Shown piece after piece: positions 19,252 through 28,928 of a stretch of 64,000 nucleotides of DNA. This DNA comes from an uncultured Solirubrobacterales bacterium (lineage in GTDB: Bacteria; Actinomycetota; Thermoleophilia; Solirubrobacterales; Solirubrobacteraceae), in assembly GCA_963773165.1 (NCBI GenBank), contig CAVZAK010000036.1:16080-80079 (forward strand), read 5' to 3'. Each line of letters begins with the position of its first letter. The first letter of the stretch is position 1. The notes beneath the pieces are model-generated. The model worked only from the letters and a program-made list of their open reading frames with translations, was not told the DNA's origin and did no database searches. The translations under genes were made by a program, and so were the position numbers.

Positions 19252-20679
19252 ATGGACCGGCGAACCGACTTCGGCCAACAGCGATGGTCGGCCAACCGCC
19301 GCCCCGGGGGAATCCTGGGGCGGCGGTTCGCGTTGGCGCTCGGGCTCGCCTTCTTCGCCTTCGCCAGCGGGGTAGCGGCGGCCGATCAGACCGTCGTCAG
19401 CGCCACCGTCTATCCGTCGAGGGGTGGCAGCGTCACCACCCCGGCGGCCACGCTTTCAGGCTTGAACAACTGCCAGCAGTATCCGACAGAGCAGTCGGGG
19501 TGGAGCCCGCTCACGCTGTACCCGTCGGGGCAGCCCTATCAGCCGGCGCAGGGGGCCTCTTGGCAGCTCTCGACGGTGCTCACCTGCGGCATGAACGTCC
19601 CCTTGAACAACGTCACGGGCGTGCAGGTGTACAGCCCGCGCTACGGCTTCGAGGCGCCACTCACGAACGCCGAGCTGACCGATGCGACCCAGTTCCACGA
19701 TCCGGCGGCGCCCGATGCGCTGCCTGTCATCTCCAACGACGAAGGTCAGAACACCTACGTCCGCCCGTGGCTCGGAGGTGGCGATCAAAACGCCAAGGAC
19801 CAGGTGGTGCAGGACGGCTCGCCCGTGACGATCGTCGTCTACGAGAACGGTGCCGAGCTGACGGTCGTCGCTTCCGCCAGCAAGGTGTCAAAGAGCTCGA
19901 AGCACAAGAAGGTCCGCTTCAGCGCCACCGTCCGCGCCCAGTCGGGTTCGACGGTCCCCACCTCGGCACTCGCCTGGAGCTGGAACTTCGGGGATGGCGG
20001 AACGTCCCGCAGCCAGACCCCGGAACACTCCTTCGTGGCCGGGAAGTTCCCGGTCACGGTTCAGGTCACCGATCGCAAGACGGGTGCGGGCGGTACCGAC
20101 ACGATCGACGTGAACGCTGGCAACCCCGGTGGGAACGGAAACAGTCCGACCGGCCCGAACAACAGCATTGGCAGCCATCCCGGTGGATCTGCCGGTAGAC
20201 CCAACAACTCGGCCAACACCGGCAAAAGTCACTCCGGCAAAGACACGACCACAAGCGGGCAGAACAATCAAACGACCACCACTTCCACGGAGGGCTCAGG
20301 CGGTACGACCGGCACGGGCACCGCCGCGGGCACGACGACAGCGTCCGTCGCTCCGAACCCCACGCCCGCCTCACCGAACCCGACCCCTAGCTCGGCGACG
20401 CACCCCCCCGCACGCGTGAACAAGCCGCCCGCCGCCACCGGCCCACTCGTGACCGGACGACTGATCAGTGACGTGACCCCGCTACCCGCAAACGACAGCC
20501 CGCTGGTTAAGCTCGCGCAGGGGCCGCCGGCGACGGCGCCCGCGATCCAGCGTGCGAACAGCGCGTCGTTAGTACCTGCCCTGGCAGCCGGGTTCGTGGT
20601 CCTCCTGCTCTTGGGGCTGGGCGCGGGCAACGAGCTGCGCGGCCGTCGCGACTGGCGGACGCTTCTGTTCCGTAGCTGA
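19252..20679 (+). CDS. surface-anchored PKD-domain protein
   Basis: signal peptide, two-Cys N-domain, PKD motif WSWNFGDG, Ser/Thr/Pro/Gly linker, C-terminal TM plus basic tail; start moved to ATG 19252. Confidence 0.78.
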   Translation: MDRRTDFGQQRWSANRRPGGILGRRFALALGLAFFAFASGVAAADQTVVSATVYPSRGGSVTTPAATLSGLNNCQQYPTEQSGWSPLTLYPSGQPYQPAQGASWQLSTVLTCGMNVPLNNVTGVQVYSPRYGFEAPLTNAELTDATQFHDPAAPDALPVISNDEGQNTYVRPWLGGGDQNAKDQVVQDGSPVTIVVYENGAELTVVASASKVSKSSKHKKVRFSATVRAQSGSTVPTSALAWSWNFGDGGTSRSQTPEHSFVAGKFPVTVQVTDRKTGAGGTDTIDVNAGNPGGNGNSPTGPNNSIGSHPGGSAGRPNNSANTGKSHSGKDTTTSGQNNQTTTTSTEGSGGTTGTGTAAGTTTASVAPNPTPASPNPTPSSATHPPARVNKPPAATGPLVTGRLISDVTPLPANDSPLVKLAQGPPATAPAIQRANSASLVPALAAGFVVLLLLGLGAGNELRGRRDWRTLLFRS

Positions 20680-20702
20680 TTTCCTCGGCCACGAGAATCG
20701 AC

Positions 20703-21479
20703 GTGCTTTTGATCTTCGCCCTGACCAGCCACGACATCGACGAGGTGATCTTCCACGTCGCCAACGTGCTGCTGGTGCCCGTGCTGATCCTCGCCCTGCT
20801 CGCGCTGGCGCTGGTGATCTTCGAGCTCGGCCGGTTCGTGATTGAGCTGCGCGGGCGTCGAGGGCGACGGTTCGACACCCTGTCGCGGAGTACGGACAGC
20901 GCTCGGGCTGCGCTGTTCAAAGGCGACCGCGCGGGCGCGGAGGCGGCTGTCAGCGGGCTCGCCCAGAGTCCCGCCATGGCATCGACACTGTCGTTCATCG
21001 TCGAACACGCGCGGACTCCTGGAGACGATCACGAGCTCAACAAGGCGCTCGCGGATTTCGACTTCGACTCTCAACGCCGTCTCGGGCGGACGCGCCTGCT
21101 GGTCCGCGCCGGACCGGCGCTGGGCCTGATGGGCACGCTGATTCCACTGTCGCCCGCGCTGACCGGCCTGGCCAGCGGCAACACCGCCGCGCTCAGCCAG
21201 AACCTGCGCGTGGCCTTCAGCGTGACGGTCGTCGGGCTGATGATCGGCGCCGTCGCCTACGGGCTCTCGCTCTCGCGCGACCGCCTGTACGGCCAGGACC
21301 TCTCCGACCTCCAGTACGTGGCCGCCGTCCTCACCGATCCGACGCTGCCTCCGCCGAAAGAGCCGGCGCCGGTGCCGGAAGTCAAGCCCACCGAACCCGC
21401 GCCGCAGGCCGACGACGCGCCGGCGCCACCGACCGAGCCGGCACCGACCCCTGCCCCCACACAAGGAACGACGACATGA
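20703..21479 (+). CDS. MotA/TolQ/ExbB proton channel family protein
   Basis: GPALGLMGTLIPLSPAL...NLRVAFSVTVVGL. Confidence 0.88.
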   Translation: MLLIFALTSHDIDEVIFHVANVLLVPVLILALLALALVIFELGRFVIELRGRRGRRFDTLSRSTDSARAALFKGDRAGAEAAVSGLAQSPAMASTLSFIVEHARTPGDDHELNKALADFDFDSQRRLGRTRLLVRAGPALGLMGTLIPLSPALTGLASGNTAALSQNLRVAFSVTVVGLMIGAVAYGLSLSRDRLYGQDLSDLQYVAAVLTDPTLPPPKEPAPVPEVKPTEPAPQADDAPAPPTEPAPTPAPTQGTTT

Positions 21480-21811
21480 TCTCCGTCACCCCGCAAGCCA
21501 ACAGCCGCCAGGACCGCTCCGGCGATCCGCTCGACGGCCTTGTCAACCTGTTCGACCTCGGGATCGTCCTGTCGGTCGCGTTCCTGCTCGCGGCGCTCTC
21601 ATCGCTGCACCTGGGCGGCGCCATCACCAGCCACGGGCTCCACGCAACCACGGCCCGGGTCATCCAGGTTAAGCCCGGCCAGACCGTCGCGCCGCTGCCG
21701 AAGCCCGGCGCCCGCACGATCGGTCGAGGCACGCAGGTCGGGACGGTCTACCGCCTGGCCAACGGCGAGCTCGTCTACGTTCAGCAGCCGCCGCGTTCGA
21801 CGACTCCCTGA
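21476..21811 (+). CDS. DUF2149 protein (ExbD/MotB-like partner)
   Basis: DPLDGLVNLFDLGIVLSVAFL with intramembrane Asp; G..VGTVYRLANGELVYV; 4-bp overlap with the MotA gene. Confidence 0.85.
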   Translation: MISVTPQANSRQDRSGDPLDGLVNLFDLGIVLSVAFLLAALSSLHLGGAITSHGLHATTARVIQVKPGQTVAPLPKPGARTIGRGTQVGTVYRLANGELVYVQQPPRSTTP

Positions 21812-22533
21812 TGGGCTACCTCTGGCACGAGTTCCGGACCGCGATCCCGCTGATCTGGAACGGAAACTCCTACATCCTCAGCGTCCTCTGGGTAACGATC
21901 CGCGTCGCGATCATCTCGACACTTAGCGCCCTGGTGATCGGCCTACCGATCGGGCTCGCCATCGGCCTTGGGCGGTTCCGCGGACGGCGGGCGCTGCACA
22001 TCCTCGCGAACGCGAGCCTCGCACTGCCGCCGGTGCTGGTCGGCGTGTGGGTCCTGATCGTGCTGCTCCCCCAGAGCGCGTTTGGGTCGCTGGGCATCGC
22101 GTTCACGCTCCGCGGCGTCTACGTCGCTCAGACGATCCTCGCCCTCCCCTACATCGTCGCGCTCGTCCCGGCCGCGATCCAGGGCCTGCCCCCCGGACTC
22201 CTCGATCAGGCGCGGTTCTTCGGTGCGGGGCGGATCCAGCTCTCGCTGCTGGCACTGCGCGAAGCGAAAATCGGCGTCCTGGTCGCCGTGATCGCCGCGG
22301 TCGGCTCGACGCTCTCCGAGGTCGCCGCGATCATCATCGTCGGCGGCAATGTCCAGAACTACGACCAGACGCTGGCGAGCGCGATCGTTCAGCAGATCAA
22401 CGACTACGCCAACTACACCTACGCGCTGGCGATCGGGATCGTGTTGATGCTCCTGATTCTCATCCTGGCCGCGATCCTCACCGTGCTCCAGCAGCGAACG
22501 AGCGGCATTCACCTCCGCTTCCGGACGGCCTGA
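21811..22533 (+). CDS. ABC transporter permease, TupB-like (copy 1)
   Basis: NASLALPPVLVG, AQTILALPYI, SEVAAIIIVGGN...TLASAI. Confidence 0.85.
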   Translation: MGYLWHEFRTAIPLIWNGNSYILSVLWVTIRVAIISTLSALVIGLPIGLAIGLGRFRGRRALHILANASLALPPVLVGVWVLIVLLPQSAFGSLGIAFTLRGVYVAQTILALPYIVALVPAAIQGLPPGLLDQARFFGAGRIQLSLLALREAKIGVLVAVIAAVGSTLSEVAAIIIVGGNVQNYDQTLASAIVQQINDYANYTYALAIGIVLMLLILILAAILTVLQQRTSGIHLRFRTA

Positions 22534-22534
22534 G

Positions 22535-23257
22535 ATGCGGCTGCTGTGGGAGGAGTTCAAGGCCGCCGTGCCGCTGATCACGCACGGGAATCCCTACCTG
22601 GTGAGCGTCATCTCGTTCACGCTTCAGGTCGCCGCCGTCGCCACCTTGATCGCAACGTTCTTCGGAGTCCCACTTGGCTTGGCGATCGGACTCGAGCGGT
22701 TCCGCGGCCGCCGCGCGCTGCAGACGCTGGCCAACGCAAGCCTCGGACTACCCCCTGTGCTCGTCGGACTCTTCCTGTTCTTCCTGTTCGTCCCACAGGG
22801 CCCGCTGGGCTCGCTGCACCTGACGGTGACCAGACGGGCCGTGTTCATCGCCCAGACCGTGCTCGCCCTCCCCTACGTCGTCGCGCTTACAGCGGCCGCG
22901 GTCCAGGGTCTCCCCACCGGGCTCGCTGCGCAGGCACGACTGCTGGGAGCGCGGCGCCGTCAGCTGTGGCTGCTCGCGCTGCGCGAAGCGAGGGTCGGAG
23001 TGATGGCCGGGATCATCGCGGCACTCGGAGCCACGCTGTCCGAGGTCGGCGCGATCGTGATCGTCGGAGGCAACGTCTACGGCTACGACCAAACTCTCGC
23101 CAGCGCGGTGCTGTTCGAGGCCAACGCCGCCCGCTACGCAGACGCGATCGCGCTCGGGATCGTGCTGATCGGGATGATCCTCGTGCTGATGGGCGGAGTG
23201 AGCTTGCTTCAGCTGCGGGGCACCGGGATCCGGATGCGCTTCCGGCCGACGTCGTGA
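22535..23257 (+). CDS. ABC transporter permease, TupB-like (copy 2)
   Basis: paralogue of the preceding gene: NASLGLPPVLVG, SEVGAIVIVGGN. Confidence 0.85.
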   Translation: MRLLWEEFKAAVPLITHGNPYLVSVISFTLQVAAVATLIATFFGVPLGLAIGLERFRGRRALQTLANASLGLPPVLVGLFLFFLFVPQGPLGSLHLTVTRRAVFIAQTVLALPYVVALTAAAVQGLPTGLAAQARLLGARRRQLWLLALREARVGVMAGIIAALGATLSEVGAIVIVGGNVYGYDQTLASAVLFEANAARYADAIALGIVLIGMILVLMGGVSLLQLRGTGIRMRFRPTS

Positions 23258-24219
23258 GCGACCGACCTGCGGCACGGCAGGCTCTGTTGCGCTGCGAGCA
23301 CCTGAGCGTCCGAAGGGGCGATCGGGAAGTCGTGCGCGACGTGAGCCTGGAGCTCCGCGCGGGCGAGCTCGTCGCGCTGCTCGGCCCGAACGGCGCCGGC
23401 AAGAGCACCCTGCTGGACGCGCTCGGGGGAGCTCTACCGCCGGCACAGGGTCGAATCGACCGCAACGGCCGGGTCGCGATCGCCCTCCAGTCCCCCGACC
23501 TGGCTCGTCGCTCGGTCCTCACCAACGTGACGCTGGCGCTGGCGTGGTGGGGTGTCCCGCGCGCCGGCCGAGCCGAGCGAGCCCGCGAGGCGCTGCGGAC
23601 GATGGGAGTCGAGCACCTGGCGCCGCGACCGGCCGGGAGCCTGTCGGGCGGCGAACGGCGCCGGGTTCACCTGGCGCGGACACTCGCGGTGCGTCCCGAC
23701 ATCCTGATGCTCGACGAGCCGTTCGCCGGTCTCGACGCCGAGACGCGGGCGAACCTGCTCGAAGACGCTGTGTCCACCCTGCGGTCGAGCACGCGGGCGA
23801 CGCTCGTCGTCGTCCACGACCGGTCCGAGGCGTGGGCGCTGGCCGACCGCCTCCTGATTCTGATCGGTGGCGAGCTCGTCGCAGCGGGACCGCCGCGCCA
23901 ACTGCTCGACCATCCCCCGAGCCCGCTGGTCGCGCGGTTCCTCGGCTTCGACGGTTCGCTCGAGGAGGACGGCCAGCTGCTGCTCACGAGACCGCCGCAC
24001 GTCGCGCTCGATCCCTCCGGCCCCTTGTGCGCACGCGTGAGGCGCGCGATCGCACTCGAGGACGGCGTACGCCTCGAGCTCGAGCTCGACCATGGGCGGC
24101 TCTACACGATCGCGCCGCTCCCTTCCCCACGCGTCGGAGACACGGTCCGCGTCCGTGTCGATGCCGGCGCTCGGTTCCCGCTCACCCAGTCGCCGAGCGC
24201 CGTCACCTCGCCTTCGTAG
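23254..24219 (+). CDS. ABC transporter ATP-binding protein, TupC-like, with C-terminal TOBE-like extension
   Basis: GTG 23254 overlaps the upstream TGA; GPNGAGKS, LSGGE, LMLDEPF, VVHD. Confidence 0.88.
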   Translation: MSDRPAARQALLRCEHLSVRRGDREVVRDVSLELRAGELVALLGPNGAGKSTLLDALGGALPPAQGRIDRNGRVAIALQSPDLARRSVLTNVTLALAWWGVPRAGRAERAREALRTMGVEHLAPRPAGSLSGGERRRVHLARTLAVRPDILMLDEPFAGLDAETRANLLEDAVSTLRSSTRATLVVVHDRSEAWALADRLLILIGGELVAAGPPRQLLDHPPSPLVARFLGFDGSLEEDGQLLLTRPPHVALDPSGPLCARVRRAIALEDGVRLELELDHGRLYTIAPLPSPRVGDTVRVRVDAGARFPLTQSPSAVTSPS

Positions 24220-24290
24220 CCCGGCCCGGGAAGGTGCGGGCGGCCGTCGGCGTCATACGAGAGAGCGTTCACGATTCGAAGGGGAGCCAG

Positions 24291-24911
24291 ATGCACCGTC
24301 CGATGAGGGTTTTTTCTGCGCACGGCCGTCGCTCAGCGTTACTGCTCGTGGCAGCAGTTGCCGGCTTCGGGACGGCCGCGCTCGTGGGCGTCGCCTTCGC
24401 GAAGACGTTCACGCTGCAGATAGCGAACAACGCCAAGGTCGGTGCAGCGTCCCACGGCAACATCGTGGTGAACTCCCGCGGCCAGGCCGTTTACTACCTG
24501 ACCGGGGACGCCAAACGCCATCCCAAGTGCACGAAGAAAAACGGGTGCTTCAAGTTCTGGCCGCCAGTGACGGTGTCCTCGGCAAAGAAGCTGAGCAAGG
24601 TGCGTGGGATCAAGGGCAAGCTCGGCGTCTGGCACCGGAACGGGTTCTTCCAGGTCACGATCGACGGTCACCCGCTGTACACGTTCGCCTTCGATCACCA
24701 AAAGCGCGTCGCGACCGGTGAGGGCGTCATGGGTTTCAACGGCACTTGGCACGTGAGGACCGCCTCGGGGGCTGTCGTGCGGAGCTCGAGCGGGGGCACG
24801 CCGAGCGCCCCGACGACGACCACGATGCCGTCCACGACCACCAACCCCGGGACGACGACGACCATGCCGACGACGACCACGGTGCCGTGTCTGTATCCGC
24901 CCTGCTATTAG
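24291..24911 (+). CDS. secreted protein with Yx(FWY)xxD repeats (COG4315-like)
   Basis: AGGGGAG RBS; signal peptide; GQAVYYLTGD...C...WPP and QVTIDGHPLYTFAFD...G.G....WHV; Thr/Pro tail ending CLYPPCY. Confidence 0.8.
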   Translation: MHRPMRVFSAHGRRSALLLVAAVAGFGTAALVGVAFAKTFTLQIANNAKVGAASHGNIVVNSRGQAVYYLTGDAKRHPKCTKKNGCFKFWPPVTVSSAKKLSKVRGIKGKLGVWHRNGFFQVTIDGHPLYTFAFDHQKRVATGEGVMGFNGTWHVRTASGAVVRSSSGGTPSAPTTTTMPSTTTNPGTTTTMPTTTTVPCLYPPCY

Positions 24912-25001
24912 CGTCCTGGCCGTAAGACGGTCGCTGGCGGACCCTGGCGCTGGCGAGACCGCCGTATCAAGTAAGCGCAGATTCTGTCCGATAACCGATG
25001 C

Positions 25002-26039
25002 GTGAGGGCAACGTTTCTCGTCACCGGGGGCGCCGGTTTTATCGGTTCGCACCTAACTGATTCGCTCGTGGCGGACCACCACCGGGTGATCGTCCTTGAC
25101 GATCTGAGCGGGGGTTCGCGCGAGAATCTTGCCGCGAGCCTCGCCACGGGCCGCGTCGAGCTCGTCGAGGGAAGCGTCCTCGATTCCGTCCTCGTCGATG
25201 ACTGCGTCGCCCGATCCGATGCATGCGTCCACCTCGCCGCTGCTCTCGGGGTGGGGCGGATCGTCGCCCAGCCACTCGACTCGCTGCGCGAGAACGTGAT
25301 CGGCGCCGACATCGTGATGGCCGCGGCCGCACGCCATGGCCGCAGGCTGCTGTTCTCATCCAGTTCGGAGGTCTACGGCAAGGTGAACGAGCGCGGACTC
25401 AAGGAGTCGGCCGATCGAGTAATCGGCTCGCCCGCGAAATCTCGCTGGAGCTACGCGATCGCCAAGGAGTTCGGTGAGTCGCTCGCTCGGGCGTACGTGC
25501 AGGAGTGCGGTAGCGAGATGATCGTGGTTCGCCTGTTCAACACCGTCGGCCCGCGCCAAGCCGGCGCCTACGGCATGGTGCTGCCCCGGTTCGTCCGCCA
25601 GGCCATCGCCGGCGACGCGCTCACCGTCTACGGCGACGGCAAGCAGACGCGGTGCTTCACCGACGTCCACGACGTCGTCCGGGCGCTGCGCCAGCTGCTC
25701 GCTTCCGAGGCCGCCGCCGGAGGCGTGTACAACATCGGCTCGCTCCGATCGCTGCGGGTGCTCGATCTGGCGAACCTCGTGATCGAGCGGACTGGCTCGG
25801 ACTCGGGCATCGTGCTGGTGCCCTACGAGCAGGCGCACCCCATGGGTTTTGAGGAACTTGGGAACCGCTCTCCCGATACAGCCGCACTGCGGAAGTTGAC
25901 CGGCTGGACCACGCGGCGGACTCTCGAGGAGACGGTTGACTCTGTGATCGCCCACGAGCTCGCCCACGCGCAGGTCAGGGCGCTGGCTCCTCCAGGGCTC
26001 GCTTCCCCGGTCGCTAACCGCGCACGCGCGGTGGCCTGA
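25002..26039 (+). CDS. NAD-dependent epimerase/dehydratase (nucleotide-sugar SDR)
   Basis: VTGGAGFIGSHL, SSSEVYG, YAIAK (YxxxK), RLFNTVGPRQ, GDGKQTRCF. Confidence 0.9.
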   Translation: MRATFLVTGGAGFIGSHLTDSLVADHHRVIVLDDLSGGSRENLAASLATGRVELVEGSVLDSVLVDDCVARSDACVHLAAALGVGRIVAQPLDSLRENVIGADIVMAAAARHGRRLLFSSSSEVYGKVNERGLKESADRVIGSPAKSRWSYAIAKEFGESLARAYVQECGSEMIVVRLFNTVGPRQAGAYGMVLPRFVRQAIAGDALTVYGDGKQTRCFTDVHDVVRALRQLLASEAAAGGVYNIGSLRSLRVLDLANLVIERTGSDSGIVLVPYEQAHPMGFEELGNRSPDTAALRKLTGWTTRRTLEETVDSVIAHELAHAQVRALAPPGLASPVANRARAVA

Positions 26040-26049
26040 GCCAAGGCGC

Positions 26050-27444
26050 GTGATGAGCGACGCTCCGGAGCGTCGCATCGCTCCCGCCGCCCGCCGCAAC
26101 GCGGCGGGAACGATCCGGCTGACGATCGTCTCAATCTGCGTCCTCGGGACCGCCTGCGCCTACGCGGCGTGCATCGTCGCCGTGCTGCGCGGAAACATCG
26201 ATGCGCTGTACGGCCTCGTGCCGTGGCTGGCCGTCGCCGCCCTTGTGGGCTGTCTGCTGGTCACGATCTCGGCGCTCGTCAACGCCACTCGCAAACGTGT
26301 TCGGAAGCGGAGTCCGCGGCTGACGGCAGACCGTGTCGGCGAGCTGGCAGCCGCCGTCGGCTCACGCGAGAGCCCGGGCCGCGAGCGCGCAGTGGAGCGG
26401 CTTGTCAAGCGGCTCGATGTGACGCGGGCTGCGCTCGGGATAGCCGCCAACCCGGCGATTCGTCACCAGCTGATCGATGGCGGGTTCGCCTCGCGCGTGG
26501 AACGCGAGCTCCAGACTTCGCGCAGTAAATGGCACCGGGTCAACGCCGCCGGTGTCCTCGGCCTGCTCGCGTGCGACAGCTCTATCGAGCCGCTCGCGCA
26601 GATCGTCGCCGACCCGGACGTCGATGTCGCCTATACGGCTGCCCAGGCCCTCTCGCTCTACCCGTCAGAGATGGCCTACGGGGCCCTCCTCGATGCGCTC
26701 ACCGCGGACACGATTCCGGCAGGACGGGTAGCGGGATTGCTCGAGTCGTTCCGATGCCCGACCGCGCGCGAGATGATCGAGCGCAGAGCTCGGTCGAAGG
26801 ATCCGGCGATCCGCTACTGGGCCGCTTACTTGCTTGGGAGCCTGGCAGACCCCCGGTCGGCGCCGGTGATCGAGCGCCTCGCCGGCGATCCCAACGAGGA
26901 CGTCCGCGCGAATGCAGCCGAGGCGCTTGCCAGCTTCCCCGGCGATGAGCTCCTGTCCGAGCTGCTCGCCGATGAGAGCTGGGTCGTTCGCTCGCATGCG
27001 GCCAAGGCCGCCGGAGCGAGCTGCCGGACGAACCTGGCCGCGCGGCTGTCAGAGCTGCTCGAGGATCAGTCGTGGTGGGTGCGTCAGAACGCGATGATCG
27101 CACTGGCGAGTTTCGGCTCCGCGGCGATCCCCCCGCTGCTCGCACAGCTTCACTCCGAGGACCGCTTCGCACGAAACAAGGCGGCCGAGGCGCTGGTTCG
27201 CAACGGATACGCGATGGAGCAGATCGAGCGTGTCAAGGAAGGAGGTGCCGGCTCGAGGAACGCCCGGCGCTTCCTGATCGACCTTGGACGAGCCGAGGCT
27301 CTGAGCACGATCGAGACGGCGGCACTCGCCTCGGGACCCGAGACCCGGAAGCGGATGACCGGCGTGCTGCGCTCGATCGGCACCGAGCAGGCCCAGGCCA
27401 TCGTCGACCAACTCCAACGGAATGGCGATGAGCACGGCGGTTGA
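26050..27444 (+). CDS. membrane-anchored HEAT-repeat protein
   Basis: two N-terminal TM segments then repeats such as DPDVDVAYTAAQAL, DPNEDVRANAAEAL, SWVVRSHAA, SWWVRQNA. Confidence 0.85.
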   Translation: MMSDAPERRIAPAARRNAAGTIRLTIVSICVLGTACAYAACIVAVLRGNIDALYGLVPWLAVAALVGCLLVTISALVNATRKRVRKRSPRLTADRVGELAAAVGSRESPGRERAVERLVKRLDVTRAALGIAANPAIRHQLIDGGFASRVERELQTSRSKWHRVNAAGVLGLLACDSSIEPLAQIVADPDVDVAYTAAQALSLYPSEMAYGALLDALTADTIPAGRVAGLLESFRCPTAREMIERRARSKDPAIRYWAAYLLGSLADPRSAPVIERLAGDPNEDVRANAAEALASFPGDELLSELLADESWVVRSHAAKAAGASCRTNLAARLSELLEDQSWWVRQNAMIALASFGSAAIPPLLAQLHSEDRFARNKAAEALVRNGYAMEQIERVKEGGAGSRNARRFLIDLGRAEALSTIETAALASGPETRKRMTGVLRSIGTEQAQAIVDQLQRNGDEHGG

Positions 27445-28822
27445 GATCATCTTCGTCGCCCTTCTGGGCTACTTCCTGGTGCTCAACTCCCTGTACCTGG
27501 CGATCGGAGTCGTCGCGCTCTTCCAGCTTCACCGAGAACGGGGTCGCGAGTACATCGACCTGGAGCACGCGGCCGGCTCGGCGGCGACGCTGCCGCTCAG
27601 CGTCCTGATCCCGGCCTACAACGAGTCGTTGATCCTGCGCAACGTGGTCCTGTCACTGCTCGGCTCAGCGTATGGGGAGTTCGAGATCATCATCGTCAAC
27701 GACGGATCAACGGACGCCACGCTCGAGACCGCGATCCGTGAGTTCGCGCTCGTCCCGCACGACGTCTTTCACCCGGCGCCACTCCAGACGGCACCGATCC
27801 GCGGGACCTACCGCTCGCGGTGCTACCCCAACGTATGGATGATCGACAAGCAGAACGGCGGCGCGGCCGACGCGCTGAACGCCGGCCTCAACCTCGCGCG
27901 CTACCCGTTCGTGGCTCATATCGATGCCGACTGCGTCGTCGAGCCGGATGCGCTGGTCCGTTTGATGCGACCGATCAACTTCGCGGGCGACGAGGTCGTG
28001 GTGGCCGGGGCGACGTTGCGGGTCGCCAACGGGCTCGACGTGACCGACGGCCGGATCGACCGCGTGCGTCTTCCCGGCCGGCTCGTCGAGCGCTTTCAGC
28101 TGATCGAGTACCTCAGCGCCTACGTCCTCAACCGTCTCGGTTGGGGAGCTCTCAACTCGATACCGGTGATCTCGGGCGGGTGCGGCGTCTGGCCCAAGCG
28201 AGTCATGATGGATCTCGGCGGCTTCTCCACCACCGACACGCACTTCGATATCGAAGCCACGATCCACGCCCACGCCGAGCTCAGATCGGCCGGGGTCGAC
28301 TACCGGATCCAGAACGTGCCGGACGCGACCGTGTGGACGCAGGTTCCGACGACGTGGGGCGATCTGTTGATCCAGCGCAAGCGCTGGCAGCGCGTCGTGT
28401 TCGAGATGCTGTGGAACTACCGACGCCTGATACTCAACCCCCGCTACGGCTACTTCGGGATGATCTGCATGCCGTACCTGCTGATCTTCGAGGGCCTGGG
28501 GCCATTCATCGAAACGTTCGCCTACGCGTTCATCGTGCTCGTGGCGGTGCTGGGGATGCTCAGTTTCCAGGCGCTGCTGCTATTCCTGTGCTTCTCCTTC
28601 GGCCTGACGGCGATCGTCCGGATCCTCAGCCTCCTCGCCGATGTCCTCTACTTCAAGCGATATTCGTCACGTAGCCTGGTGACACTTGCCGGTCTGGCCT
28701 TCATCGAGCCGCTGGTATTTCATGTCGTCCAGCTGCCACATCGGATGGCGGCCCTGCGCGAGTTCCTCCGCGGGCAGACGACGCACGAGACGATGGTGCG
28801 CGCCACAGTCGCGAGCGACTGA
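27422..28822 (+). CDS. processive GT2 glycosyltransferase (PgaC/HAS-like)
   Basis: IPAYNE, VNDGSTD, IDADC, HFD (TED position), QRKRW; N- and C-terminal TMs; alternative start 27428. Confidence 0.9.
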   Translation: MAMSTAVEIIFVALLGYFLVLNSLYLAIGVVALFQLHRERGREYIDLEHAAGSAATLPLSVLIPAYNESLILRNVVLSLLGSAYGEFEIIIVNDGSTDATLETAIREFALVPHDVFHPAPLQTAPIRGTYRSRCYPNVWMIDKQNGGAADALNAGLNLARYPFVAHIDADCVVEPDALVRLMRPINFAGDEVVVAGATLRVANGLDVTDGRIDRVRLPGRLVERFQLIEYLSAYVLNRLGWGALNSIPVISGGCGVWPKRVMMDLGGFSTTDTHFDIEATIHAHAELRSAGVDYRIQNVPDATVWTQVPTTWGDLLIQRKRWQRVVFEMLWNYRRLILNPRYGYFGMICMPYLLIFEGLGPFIETFAYAFIVLVAVLGMLSFQALLLFLCFSFGLTAIVRILSLLADVLYFKRYSSRSLVTLAGLAFIEPLVFHVVQLPHRMAALREFLRGQTTHETMVRATVASD

Positions 28823-28928
28823 GAGCCCAGCCCCGCCCCGAGCTGAGTGAAAGATGGGGGCGACCACCTATTCCGCGTTCGCCGCGGGCCGGGCAGCCTT
28901 GGCGGTGATTCAACCCAAGGAGAAACCG

